Assembly: GCA_018817905.1 (NCBI GenBank)
Contig: JAHISS010000087.1
Location: 985 to 64,984, forward strand
Origin: Nanobdellota archaeon
GTDB lineage: Archaea; Nanobdellota; Nanobdellia; Pacearchaeales; GW2011-AR1
Length of the DNA: 64,000 bases
Direction of reading: 5' to 3'
Position 1 is the first letter of the stretch; the number at the start of each line of letters is the position of its first letter. Positions 17,975 through 25,557 of this stretch are shown in pieces. A model generated the notes under the pieces. The model had not been told where the DNA came from and did not search any database. It saw nothing but the letters and a program-made list of their open reading frames with translations. Position numbers and translations under genes: made by a program.

Positions 17975-18415
17975 TTATGCGAAAACCTCCCTTAGCACTC
18001 TTAAAGCGTTATCTCTTTTTTTCCAATCTGGGTTCGTTACTCTGAGATAAGACCTGCCGTGACCTTCATCAGTAAAATGTTCTACGGTGCAATCTCTCAC
18101 ATGATAAATAAGGGAGGTTGAATCATGATATGCGCTATGATCTGGACTTGTAATGGGGGCACTAAAGTCTGTATCGCCAAAGCAGAGTATAATCGGATTA
18201 TCAATTCTGCGTTGAGGACTGGCTAATTTGGCTAATGCATTTCCTAAGTTTGCATTAGCACTTGTCACAAATTCTAACATTTCATGCATTTCAGGAAAAT
18301 CCCCCGCATCAAAGATATATAAATCAAACTCGTCGTCTCTGGCTGAACCGATTTTCCATTCAAACCCCCCAATACGATTTTGTCCAATTAACTTTTGTTG
18401 TGTTGCTTTTGCCAT
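17975..18415 (-). CDS. hypothetical protein (146 aa) inserted between rpl22 and rps3
   Basis: 1-nt overlap/gap; Asp/His-rich; no r-protein match. Confidence 0.45.
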   Translation of the reverse strand: MAKATQQKLIGQNRIGGFEWKIGSARDDEFDLYIFDAGDFPEMHEMLEFVTSANANLGNALAKLASPQRRIDNPIILCFGDTDFSAPITSPDHSAYHDSTSLIYHVRDCTVEHFTDEGHGRSYLRVTNPDWKKRDNALRVLREVFA

Positions 18416-19029
18416 TATTCCTTTCCTCCTTGTTTCTTAGGAAATTCCTTTGCTTTTAGAATAATGTTTGTCCTCTTTGATAATGTGCCGCCGCGACGCA
18501 TTTGTCTTCGCGCCCAAGAAGCAGAGGCGATGGAAATTCGCGTGGTTTCAAGTTCAAGTCCGTTTGTTATCGCGTTGCCTTTCAAAGCTTTCAAAAGATT
18601 AATAAAATATCCTGATGCTTTAATCGGGTATCTGCCTCGCTCCATGCTCCCTTTTCTGTGCGGCGTTTCTCCCCTGAACGGAACTGCCTGCTTAAACTTG
18701 GAAACTTTCTCAACGTCAGAAATTGCCTGGTCTATTTTTTTGTTTTTGATAAATCTGCAAAGATACACTGAATGTTTTTTCGAAATCGGCAATCCTGCGC
18801 CTCTGGCAATTGCTTCTTCTTTCTTAACTTTAGGAATTTCTTTCTTTTTTTCTTCCTTCTTCTCTGACTTTTCTTCAACTTTATCTTCCAATTTTTCTTC
18901 AGCTGTTTCTTTTTTTTCTTGCCTCATCTTTTCTTCTATTTCTTTGGTTTTTTCTTTGTCGACTGGCAACGGCTTTGCTTCTATCTTTTTCTTTTTTTCT
19001 TCTGCTGGTTGTTTATTTTCTTCTTTCAT
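18415..19029 (-). CDS. rpl22: 50S ribosomal protein uL22 (long KE-rich N-terminal extension)
   Basis: LPISKKHSVYLCRFIKNKKIDQAISDVEKV ... GRYPIKASGYFINLLK. Confidence 0.85.
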   Translation of the reverse strand: MKEENKQPAEEKKKKIEAKPLPVDKEKTKEIEEKMRQEKKETAEEKLEDKVEEKSEKKEEKKKEIPKVKKEEAIARGAGLPISKKHSVYLCRFIKNKKIDQAISDVEKVSKFKQAVPFRGETPHRKGSMERGRYPIKASGYFINLLKALKGNAITNGLELETTRISIASASWARRQMRRGGTLSKRTNIILKAKEFPKKQGGKE

Positions 19030-19030
19030 T

Positions 19031-19447
19031 TTATTTCTTCATTGCTCTCGATGATTTAGTTGCTCCGATTCCTGCGCTGCCGTGGTTTACTCTTGTTCGC
19101 GTTGGTGCGAATTCTCCCAACCGGTGTCCAATCATTTCAAAAGTTATTAGAACTTCTTGGAAATTTTTTCCGTTGTGAACGCCGATTGTCAAACCAACAA
19201 GTTTGGGAACTATGACTATGTCTCTTAGATGTGTCCTGATTTTTTTGCCTTTTGCAACTTTTCTATCGCATCTTTTTATGAATTTTTCAATTGAATCAAA
19301 AGTTCTTAAGACAGTTCTCCTGCTGCGTGAAGGAAGGAACTTGGCTATCTCTCTTGCATCTAGGGTTTTTAATTCTTCTATGGGCCTGCCTCTGTAAATT
19401 TGTTCTCTTCGCTTTACTTTTTCTTTTTCTTTCTTTTTGTGTGCCAT
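19031..19447 (-). CDS. rps19: 30S ribosomal protein uS19 (ORF extends to 19489; start trimmed to the Met abutting rpl2)
   Basis: GRPIEELKTLD ... IVPKLVGLTIGVHNGKNFQEVLITFEMIGHRLGEFAPTR. Confidence 0.9.
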   Translation of the reverse strand: MAHKKKEKEKVKRREQIYRGRPIEELKTLDAREIAKFLPSRSRRTVLRTFDSIEKFIKRCDRKVAKGKKIRTHLRDIVIVPKLVGLTIGVHNGKNFQEVLITFEMIGHRLGEFAPTRTRVNHGSAGIGATKSSRAMKK

Positions 19448-19448
19448 T

Positions 19449-20150
19449 TTATTTCCTACAACCTGTTCTTCTTGGACGAACATGCCCAACTTTTCTTCCT
19501 GGGGGAGCGTTACGTTTTGCTATCTTTTGTTTGACTCTCTTGCCTCGGCCAGAACCAAACGGGTGGTCTACTGCGTTAGCTTTTACTGCGGAAGTTCTCG
19601 GCCATAATTTTGATTTTGCTTTCATCTTGTAATACTTTTTCCCAGCTGTGACAAAAGGCTTTGCGACGCGGCCGTCACCGGCAATTCTTCCGATTGTTGC
19701 GCGACAGTTCTCGTTGAGGGTTACAACTTTCTTATTGGGCATGGTGACTGTTACTTCTGTGTTTTCTAATTTTTTTGAGAGTATTGCTGACGAGCCAGCT
19801 GTTCGCATCATTTTTCCTCCGTCTCCAGGATTTTTCTCTATGTTAAAAATATGAGTTCCTGGAGGTATTTTGTTTAATGGTAAAATGTTTCCTTCTCCGG
19901 GACTGGTGTTAATGGAAATTTTTTGCCCGACAAATGCGCCGTTGAACGCAGCGTTGTAGAAAGTTTTGTTCTTGATTTGGACTTTCATCAATGGAGCAGA
20001 ATGTGCGGCAGAATGGATGATTGCGATAATCTCTGCCTCGCCTTGTGCTTCGACTGGAGGATAAGCAATCTTTTTGTTGAACGCTTTCTTTCTGACTCTG
20101 TAAGTTAAACTTCCCTTGCCCCGCGCTTGTTGAATTATTCGTTTTCCCAT
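19449..20150 (-). CDS. rpl2: 50S ribosomal protein uL2
   Basis: HPFGSGRGKRVKQKIAKRNAPPGRKVGHVRPRRTG is the L2 C-terminal signature. Confidence 0.95.
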   Translation of the reverse strand: MGKRIIQQARGKGSLTYRVRKKAFNKKIAYPPVEAQGEAEIIAIIHSAAHSAPLMKVQIKNKTFYNAAFNGAFVGQKISINTSPGEGNILPLNKIPPGTHIFNIEKNPGDGGKMMRTAGSSAILSKKLENTEVTVTMPNKKVVTLNENCRATIGRIAGDGRVAKPFVTAGKKYYKMKAKSKLWPRTSAVKANAVDHPFGSGRGKRVKQKIAKRNAPPGRKVGHVRPRRTGCRK

Positions 20151-20151
20151 T

Positions 20152-20499
20152 TTATTCTCTTCTTCTAAGATTTACTTCTACCATGTCATCAAACAACTCC
20201 TTGTATCTTACATCACTTTGGTCTAAGGTGATATATCTACCACCAAGAGTTGTAACTATTCCATTCTTCCCAAATCTAAGCCCATTTTCAGACACGATAA
20301 ATAAATAAATGGAATCTCTTGTGCGTGGGAAAGCAAACGAGAAGTCTCCTTCTTCTGAACCTCGATATTGGGCTAGTGTTCCCCCAGCAGACAAGCCATA
20401 GCCGTCTATTCTTACTACTTTTTTAACCGCCCGATGCAGCTCATCTAAACTATTTACTTGTGTCTCTATATCTTCTATATCCCTTGCTTCTTGTGCCAT
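20152..20499 (-). CDS. hypothetical protein (115 aa) inserted between rpl23 and rpl2
   Basis: 1-nt overlap with the rpl23 stop and 1-nt gap to rpl2. Confidence 0.45.
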   Translation of the reverse strand: MAQEARDIEDIETQVNSLDELHRAVKKVVRIDGYGLSAGGTLAQYRGSEEGDFSFAFPRTRDSIYLFIVSENGLRFGKNGIVTTLGGRYITLDQSDVRYKELFDDMVEVNLRRRE

Positions 20500-20741
20500 T
20501 ATATCATCCCCAGCTTTGTCGCGACGTCGATGGCTGGGTTCTCCTTTGCAAATTTTACATAAGCATATTTTTTGTTATTGCGAAGCAAGGTCCTGACTTT
20601 TTCAACTTTCACTTTGAATGTTTCTTCTACTTCTTTCTTGATTTCTTCTTTTGAGAATTTTCTCCCAACCTGGAACAAGAGAGTGTTGTCTATGTCCACC
20701 ATTTTTACTGCTTTTTCTGAAGTTATTGGTTTGAGTATCAT
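20499..20741 (-). CDS. rpl23: 50S ribosomal protein uL23
   Basis: ILKPITSEKAVKMVDIDNTLLFQV ... KVKVEKVRTL. Confidence 0.9.
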   Translation of the reverse strand: MILKPITSEKAVKMVDIDNTLLFQVGRKFSKEEIKKEVEETFKVKVEKVRTLLRNNKKYAYVKFAKENPAIDVATKLGMI

Positions 20742-21520
20742 GATGTTTCTTCCTTCTTTTCATTCCCAAGTTCTTTAATTGCTTTGTGAGTGTAAATTGT
20801 CAATCTTCCCAACGGATACAAATCAGCAATGGAAATATCGCCAACTGTCTTCACTTCAACGCCAGAAAACTTCACGTTTTCTTTTTCTGAGATTATCAAA
20901 AGTGCGCCTGCGCTGGATTTGTATTTCCTTCCGCGAAGTTTTCCTTTGCCGGCTCTAACTGCTTTTTTCTTAAATGCGAGAGCAAAACTTTTCCCAAGAA
21001 TATTTTTCATGGCTTGTGCAAGTTCTTTTGTTTTTTTTGGCAGCGACTCTATGACAAAAGGAATGTTTTCAATTTTTTCAAGAGAAAAATATCTTTTCAG
21101 GACAAAGTCTTTTTGCGCAGTCGCGGCAATCGCAGAGTTCATCGCTAACTGGATTTCTTTTTTGTTAATTTTCTTTTCCTTGCCAATTCCTTTTGGGGGA
21201 TGTGCTCTTCGGCCGCCTCTTGAACCTGGGATGTTTGCGCCAACCCAAATAAACTGAGTTCCCCGTCTCGACATTGTTTTTCTTGGAACGCGAGAGATTC
21301 CTCGACCGTAGTGTCCTTTCCAGTCATGTCTTTTGTGAGATATTGTTCCTGAAGCTGACTGACGAAGCCCTGCCCGGGGATTTGAAGAATACGGCTGGAT
21401 GAATTTGTCTGCTTCGAAATATTTTTGGACGATGTCTTTTCTCACGCGGATTTCAAATATCTTGGGTAATTCTATTTGGGATTTTTTCTTTCCGTCGCTT
21501 GAATAAAGTGTTGTTTTCAT
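20738..21520 (-). CDS. rpl4: 50S ribosomal protein uL4 (ORF extends to 21628; start trimmed to MKTTLYSSDGKK)
   Basis: Archaeal L4 N-terminus, and RGGRRAHPPKG. Confidence 0.85.
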   Translation of the reverse strand: MKTTLYSSDGKKKSQIELPKIFEIRVRKDIVQKYFEADKFIQPYSSNPRAGLRQSASGTISHKRHDWKGHYGRGISRVPRKTMSRRGTQFIWVGANIPGSRGGRRAHPPKGIGKEKKINKKEIQLAMNSAIAATAQKDFVLKRYFSLEKIENIPFVIESLPKKTKELAQAMKNILGKSFALAFKKKAVRAGKGKLRGRKYKSSAGALLIISEKENVKFSGVEVKTVGDISIADLYPLGRLTIYTHKAIKELGNEKKEETS

Positions 21521-21524
21521 TTTG

Positions 21525-21812
21525 CTAAATATATTGAATATTTCCCCCTGCTTCCAATCTTGCAGATATTTCTGGAATGGACTCAAGGGTTCCAACCCTT
21601 TCGACTGTTTTTCCAGTTTCTGATTCATAAACTCGAGTTAGATAGTCACATGAAGCTAAAACATGAACTCGCATAATCACTAATCTGTCATCAAGTGTCT
21701 GCGCTTTTTCACAATCGCCATTTTCTCTAGCACCCTTAGCAGCCTTTCTAAATAAGTCATGCTTTTTCTTCCAATAAATTACTCTTTCTGCAGCTTTTTT
21801 TAATTCGCTCAT
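21525..21812 (-). CDS. hypothetical protein (95 aa) inserted between rpl3 and rpl4
   Basis: ATG 1 nt after the rpl3 stop; ends 4 nt before the rpl4 start. Confidence 0.45.
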   Translation of the reverse strand: MSELKKAAERVIYWKKKHDLFRKAAKGARENGDCEKAQTLDDRLVIMRVHVLASCDYLTRVYESETGKTVERVGTLESIPEISARLEAGGNIQYI

Positions 21813-21813
21813 T

Positions 21814-22755
21814 TTATTTCAAAACCTCCAGAAATTCAAATTTCTTTTTAGATTGCGCTTTGCTTGGTCTTATCGGGGGTGTTAAAAGAATTTGTCTTTT
21901 TTGAGGTCCTGGGACTGAACCCTTGAGGATGATGAAGGAGGTTTTTATTTTGCCGTAGTGAGGGAAGCCTTGTTTGGGATTGACGTCGGTTTCGGAGATT
22001 TTTCCAGAGGTTATGACATTGAGGTTGTAGACGAGCCGCGTGAAGTAACCCATTTGGCCGGCCATTGGCGTTCTGAAGGTTACTCTGGCTGGGTGCCAAG
22101 GTGCTATCGAACCAACTTTTCTAATGCCTTTTTCAGACTTGTGGAATCTTAGCGCGATGCCGAATCGCTTTACCGGACCCTGCATGCCTTTGCCTTTTGT
22201 TAATCCACGGACGTCTAACAGTTCAGATTTCAAGCAATCTGCTAACGTGATTTCTTTTCCAATAAGGCCTTTTGCGAATTCAAGTTTGTTCTCGGATTGA
22301 ATTGCCAGTTCTATCATGTCTGGGGTTTTCTTGATTGAAGTTTGTTTTGGCAGAGAATAAGCGATAAGACGAATGTCGTCATAACCTTCTGGGACGTTGA
22401 CGAGGTTTTTGACTTGCTTCGGAATTTTAACTTTTTTCTTTAGTTCTTTTTCATTTGAAACAATTATTTCAGTCAAAGGGCGATTATGTTTGTAAAACCT
22501 GACGGAGAAGATTTTCATTGATGGAACTTCGAGGATTGTAACAGGAATTGCGATGTGTTTATTTTCTGTTAGGGATTTTTTAGTGAGGTCTTTAACAACT
22601 GCAGTTGCCATGCCTGCCTTGTATGCGATGAATCCTAAAACGCCGTCATCTTTCGAAGAAATAGGTTTCCAGTTTGCGCTCGGCAAAATTTTTGCAGCTC
22701 TCTTTCTAGGCCAGTACTGTAAACTTCCTTTTCTCGGTCTTGATAATTTTGGCAT
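21814..22755 (-). CDS. rpl3: 50S ribosomal protein uL3
   Basis: RPRKGSLQYWPRKRA ... first gene of the cluster. Confidence 0.95.
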   Translation of the reverse strand: MPKLSRPRKGSLQYWPRKRAAKILPSANWKPISSKDDGVLGFIAYKAGMATAVVKDLTKKSLTENKHIAIPVTILEVPSMKIFSVRFYKHNRPLTEIIVSNEKELKKKVKIPKQVKNLVNVPEGYDDIRLIAYSLPKQTSIKKTPDMIELAIQSENKLEFAKGLIGKEITLADCLKSELLDVRGLTKGKGMQGPVKRFGIALRFHKSEKGIRKVGSIAPWHPARVTFRTPMAGQMGYFTRLVYNLNVITSGKISETDVNPKQGFPHYGKIKTSFIILKGSVPGPQKRQILLTPPIRPSKAQSKKKFEFLEVLK

Positions 22756-22895
22756 GTGTTGTGTTTACCATTTTGTTTTGGGTGCAACTCTCCCTGTTTA
22801 TGTAAATCTTGAGGGTGAAGATTCCTCTTGATTTGTATTAGATTCTTACGGGTTGAGATGATAATTGGGGTTTTTAAAACTTTGTGGCTTGAGAA

Positions 22896-23378
22896 TTAAT
22901 CCTTCAGAACAACAACATTAGTCATTCCTCTTCGCTTTCTTTCAATCAAATCTTTGTTCTCCAGCCTGTCTAAAATCCTGGAAACCTTTGCCTTGCCAAA
23001 ACCGCTCTTTTCGATAAGGCCTGCTTGGAAAATTGTTCCTTGCTCTTGGATGAGTTTGAAAACATCTCTGTCTTCTTTCCTTAAACCAGACAAATCAATC
23101 TTTGTTTTCTTTATTTTTTCCTTTACTTTTTTAACAACAATTCTTTCTTTTGGTTTGGTAAAAATTAAAACCAACCCTATGACAACTAAAACTGCGACGA
23201 TTGTTAAGGAAAGATAGGTTTGCTGCTCTACGGTTTGGTTCATCGGACAGACAGGTCCGTGAGTTGGTCCACAGTTTCCTACGATGATTTCTTTCATTGC
23301 GTTGTTGAAGAGAAAGATTATTATTACAATCGCTATAGAAATTCCTAGGATGAGATAGCCGACGTTTTTGTTTTCCAT
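22896..23378 (-). CDS. membrane-anchored winged-helix transcriptional regulator with an extracytoplasmic Cys pair (candidate one-component metal sensor)
   Basis: Two TM segments flank CGPTHGPVCP; C-terminal wHTH (KAKVSRILDRLENKDLIERKRRG). Divergent from the Cu locus. Confidence 0.5.
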   Translation of the reverse strand: MENKNVGYLILGISIAIVIIIFLFNNAMKEIIVGNCGPTHGPVCPMNQTVEQQTYLSLTIVAVLVVIGLVLIFTKPKERIVVKKVKEKIKKTKIDLSGLRKEDRDVFKLIQEQGTIFQAGLIEKSGFGKAKVSRILDRLENKDLIERKRRGMTNVVVLKD

Positions 23379-23422
23379 CTTTCTGTTTATGTTTTTAGGT
23401 ATAATAAGTTTACTATTTATCT

Positions 23423-23440
23423 TGTGAAACTAGTTTCACA
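23423..23440. promoter_or_regulatory. 18-bp perfect palindrome TGTGAAACT|AGTTTCACA just downstream of a TATAATAA box; candidate operator of the Cu-locus regulator
   Basis: Exact palindrome in the 76-bp divergent intergenic region between the regulator and the HMA gene. Confidence 0.5.
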
Positions 23441-23454
23441 AAAGCGGTTAAGTA

Positions 23455-24423
23455 GTGGGATATTTTAGAAAAGGCATGGAAAAAAATGTTGTTGTTAAAA
23501 TCAAAGGAATGCATTGTCAGAATTGCGTTGAAAGAATTGAATCTGGTGTTGGTTCTCTCGAGGGTGTTGATAAAGTAAAAGTTGATTTGATAAATAATGA
23601 AGCAAAGATTAGTTTTGATGACGAGAAAGTTAATTTGGAACAGATTAATAATAAGATAAAGGAAGTTGGTTATAATTTAGGAGATGGAGAGAAAAAGAAG
23701 AAGACAATTATTCAGGGAATTGCTTACGGATTGATTCCGCACATTGGATGCATTGCGTTTATTATCGCGGCTGTTCTTGGTTCCACGATTTTGATGCAAT
23801 ATTTCAGACCGGTTCTTATGAATAGGTATGTGTTTCATTATTTGATTTTGATTTCTGTTGGGTTTGCCACTTTGTCTTCTGGAATTTATTTGAAGAAGAA
23901 CAAATTATTGTCTTGGGAAGGCATCAAGAGAAAGAAGGGATATTTGTCAATTATGTTTGGTTCTGTTGTCGGGATTAATTTGATTTTGTTTTTGGGCGTG
24001 TTTCCTGTGTTGGCAAATGTTGGGGTTGGAAGTATTAGTGGGGATGCTATTGATAGCGGAGAGTTTAGTGTCATGAGGATAAGTGTTGATATTCCTTGTC
24101 CGGGACATGCGCCTTTGATTACTTCGGAGTTGGCGACTGTTAATGGAGTTGAAGGAAGCGAATTTAGTTTTCCAAATGATTTTGATGTTTATTATGATCC
24201 AACGGTGACTTCTGAAGAAGAGATGCTGTCTTTGGAAGTTTTTGATGAATATCCTGCGACTGTTTTAACATTGGAATCTGGTTCAGGTTCGAGCGGCGGA
24301 GTGAATAAAGTTCAGCCTTTGGCAAGTCCTAGTGGTGGAAGTGCAGGAACTTGCGGAAGTCCAAGTTGTGGCAATCCTACTTGTACTGGTGGAGGAAGCT
24401 GTGGCGGAGGTTGTGGAGGTTAA
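23455..24423 (+). CDS. HMA-domain (GMHCQNC) membrane protein with a Cys/Gly-rich metallothionein-like C-terminal tail
   Basis: N-terminal heavy-metal-associated fold motif; 4-5 TM; tail CGSPSCGNPTCTGGGSCGGGCGG. Confidence 0.6.
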   Translation: MGYFRKGMEKNVVVKIKGMHCQNCVERIESGVGSLEGVDKVKVDLINNEAKISFDDEKVNLEQINNKIKEVGYNLGDGEKKKKTIIQGIAYGLIPHIGCIAFIIAAVLGSTILMQYFRPVLMNRYVFHYLILISVGFATLSSGIYLKKNKLLSWEGIKRKKGYLSIMFGSVVGINLILFLGVFPVLANVGVGSISGDAIDSGEFSVMRISVDIPCPGHAPLITSELATVNGVEGSEFSFPNDFDVYYDPTVTSEEEMLSLEVFDEYPATVLTLESGSGSSGGVNKVQPLASPSGGSAGTCGSPSCGNPTCTGGGSCGGGCGG

Positions 24424-24498
24424 TATGGATGAAAATATTTTGTTCTTTATTATAATGGGGATTGTTGGAGTGGCAATTTTCTTTTATGGCGGTGGAGG

Positions 24499-24957
24499 AT
24501 GTGGAATATGAAAATTAAAAAGAGCACCTTAATTTGGATTGCAATTATTATTATAGCAGGGATATTTTTCTTTAGGGGGAAAATTACAGGGAATGTTGTT
24601 GGTGGAAATTCAGGGACTATGGAGATTCCTCTTGCTGATATATCTGAAAATGCAGAATGGTATGAATATCAATCAAATGGGAAGACGATTAGGTTTTTTG
24701 TTGTTAAAGCTGGTGATGGAAGTGTGAAGACCGCGTTTGATGCGTGCGATGTTTGTTATGAAAGCAAGAAAGGTTATAGTCAACAGGGAGATGTAATGGT
24801 TTGTAATAATTGCGGCAATAAGTATCCAATTTCTGGGCTGGGAACTGAGAACGAGAAAGGCGGTGGTTGTTGGCCTGGTTATCTGCCGAGCAAGATTGTG
24901 GGGGACAAACTGATAATTAAGAATTCTGATATAGAAAAAGGAGCGTATCGGTTTTAG
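24499..24957 (+). CDS. membrane-anchored Cys4 (CDVC...CNNC) metal-binding protein, DUF2318-like
   Basis: N-terminal TM then CDVCYESKKG ... VCNNCGNKYP. Confidence 0.4.
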   Translation: MWNMKIKKSTLIWIAIIIIAGIFFFRGKITGNVVGGNSGTMEIPLADISENAEWYEYQSNGKTIRFFVVKAGDGSVKTAFDACDVCYESKKGYSQQGDVMVCNNCGNKYPISGLGTENEKGGGCWPGYLPSKIVGDKLIIKNSDIEKGAYRF

Positions 24958-24961
24958 TAAA

Positions 24962-25348
24962 ATGGCGAAAGAATTAAAATGTCCGGTGTGTTATGAAGTT
25001 GTGTATTCAGGAGTTGGAAAAGGGTGTAAAATGTGCGACATGGTTTTAGAAGATAAAAGCAGAGAGTTTTGTTCGAAGATGTGCCGGGTTAATTATTTTA
25101 AGATAAACAAAACAAAGGCTTCAATGATTTTATTGTTAGTTTTGATTGGTTTGACTGGTTTTGTTTCGGCCCATTCTGGGGACGATGGATATTCACATCA
25201 TGGAATGATGTCCTGCTTTTATGGGGGAGGATTTTCTGGAATGAATTTTTTTGGTTGGATGTTTATGGCTTTAGTTTTAGTTGCATTGGTTTTGGTGATA
25301 GTTTGGTTAGCTAAGCAGATACAAGGTCCTGGAGGTAAAAGAAGATGA
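24962..25348 (+). CDS. TRASH/zinc-ribbon-like N-terminal domain, His/Met-rich segment and C-terminal TM; putative copper-handling protein
   Basis: CPVC...CKMC...CSKMC, then HSGDDGYSHHGMMSCFYGG. Confidence 0.4.
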   Translation: MAKELKCPVCYEVVYSGVGKGCKMCDMVLEDKSREFCSKMCRVNYFKINKTKASMILLLVLIGLTGFVSAHSGDDGYSHHGMMSCFYGGGFSGMNFFGWMFMALVLVALVLVIVWLAKQIQGPGGKRR

Positions 25349-25557
25349 AAAAAATTAAATTGACAATTGAAGGAATGCATTGCGCGGCTTGTGCTGGGAT
25401 TGCTGAGAAAGAACTGCGGAAGGTGCCGGGTGTGAAAGAAGTTAGTGTTAGTGTGACAACTAACAAAGGTTTTGTGTATGCAGAGGATTCTGTGAGCGAG
25501 GAGAGCTTGAAGAAAGCAGTTGCAGAAGCTGGATATAAAGTTGTCGGGGTGAAATAA
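25345..25557 (+). CDS. copZ: copper chaperone CopZ (single HMA domain)
   Basis: GMHCAACAGIAEKEL. Confidence 0.85.
   Translation: MKKIKLTIEGMHCAACAGIAEKELRKVPGVKEVSVSVTTNKGFVYAEDSVSEESLKKAVAEAGYKVVGVK

Noticed and set aside
8369-19029. KE-rich repetitive stretches (N-termini of S5 and L22, 18780-19029, 9050-9187) as tandem repeats or a CRISPR-like array
   Set aside because: They are in-frame low-complexity Lys/Glu extensions of r-proteins without spacer/repeat periodicity.
7507-21257. Numerous plus-strand ORFs of 60-140 aa inside the ribosomal cluster (e.g. 7507-7797, 8580-8855, 8689-9021, 10622-10918, 18395-19054, 20829-21257)
   Set aside because: They are antisense to well-supported r-protein genes and encode low-complexity Phe/Leu/Ser-rich strings, the mirror image of Lys/Glu-rich coding; they are frame artefacts of AT-rich DNA.
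19449-22755. Long N-terminal extensions of ORFs for L4 (to 21628), S19 (to 19489), PCNA (to 32307), TrmB (to 63687) and the surface protein starting 54243
   Set aside because: Extensions overlap upstream genes or lack similarity to the family; internal Mets give canonical N-termini and tight coupling, so starts were trimmed.
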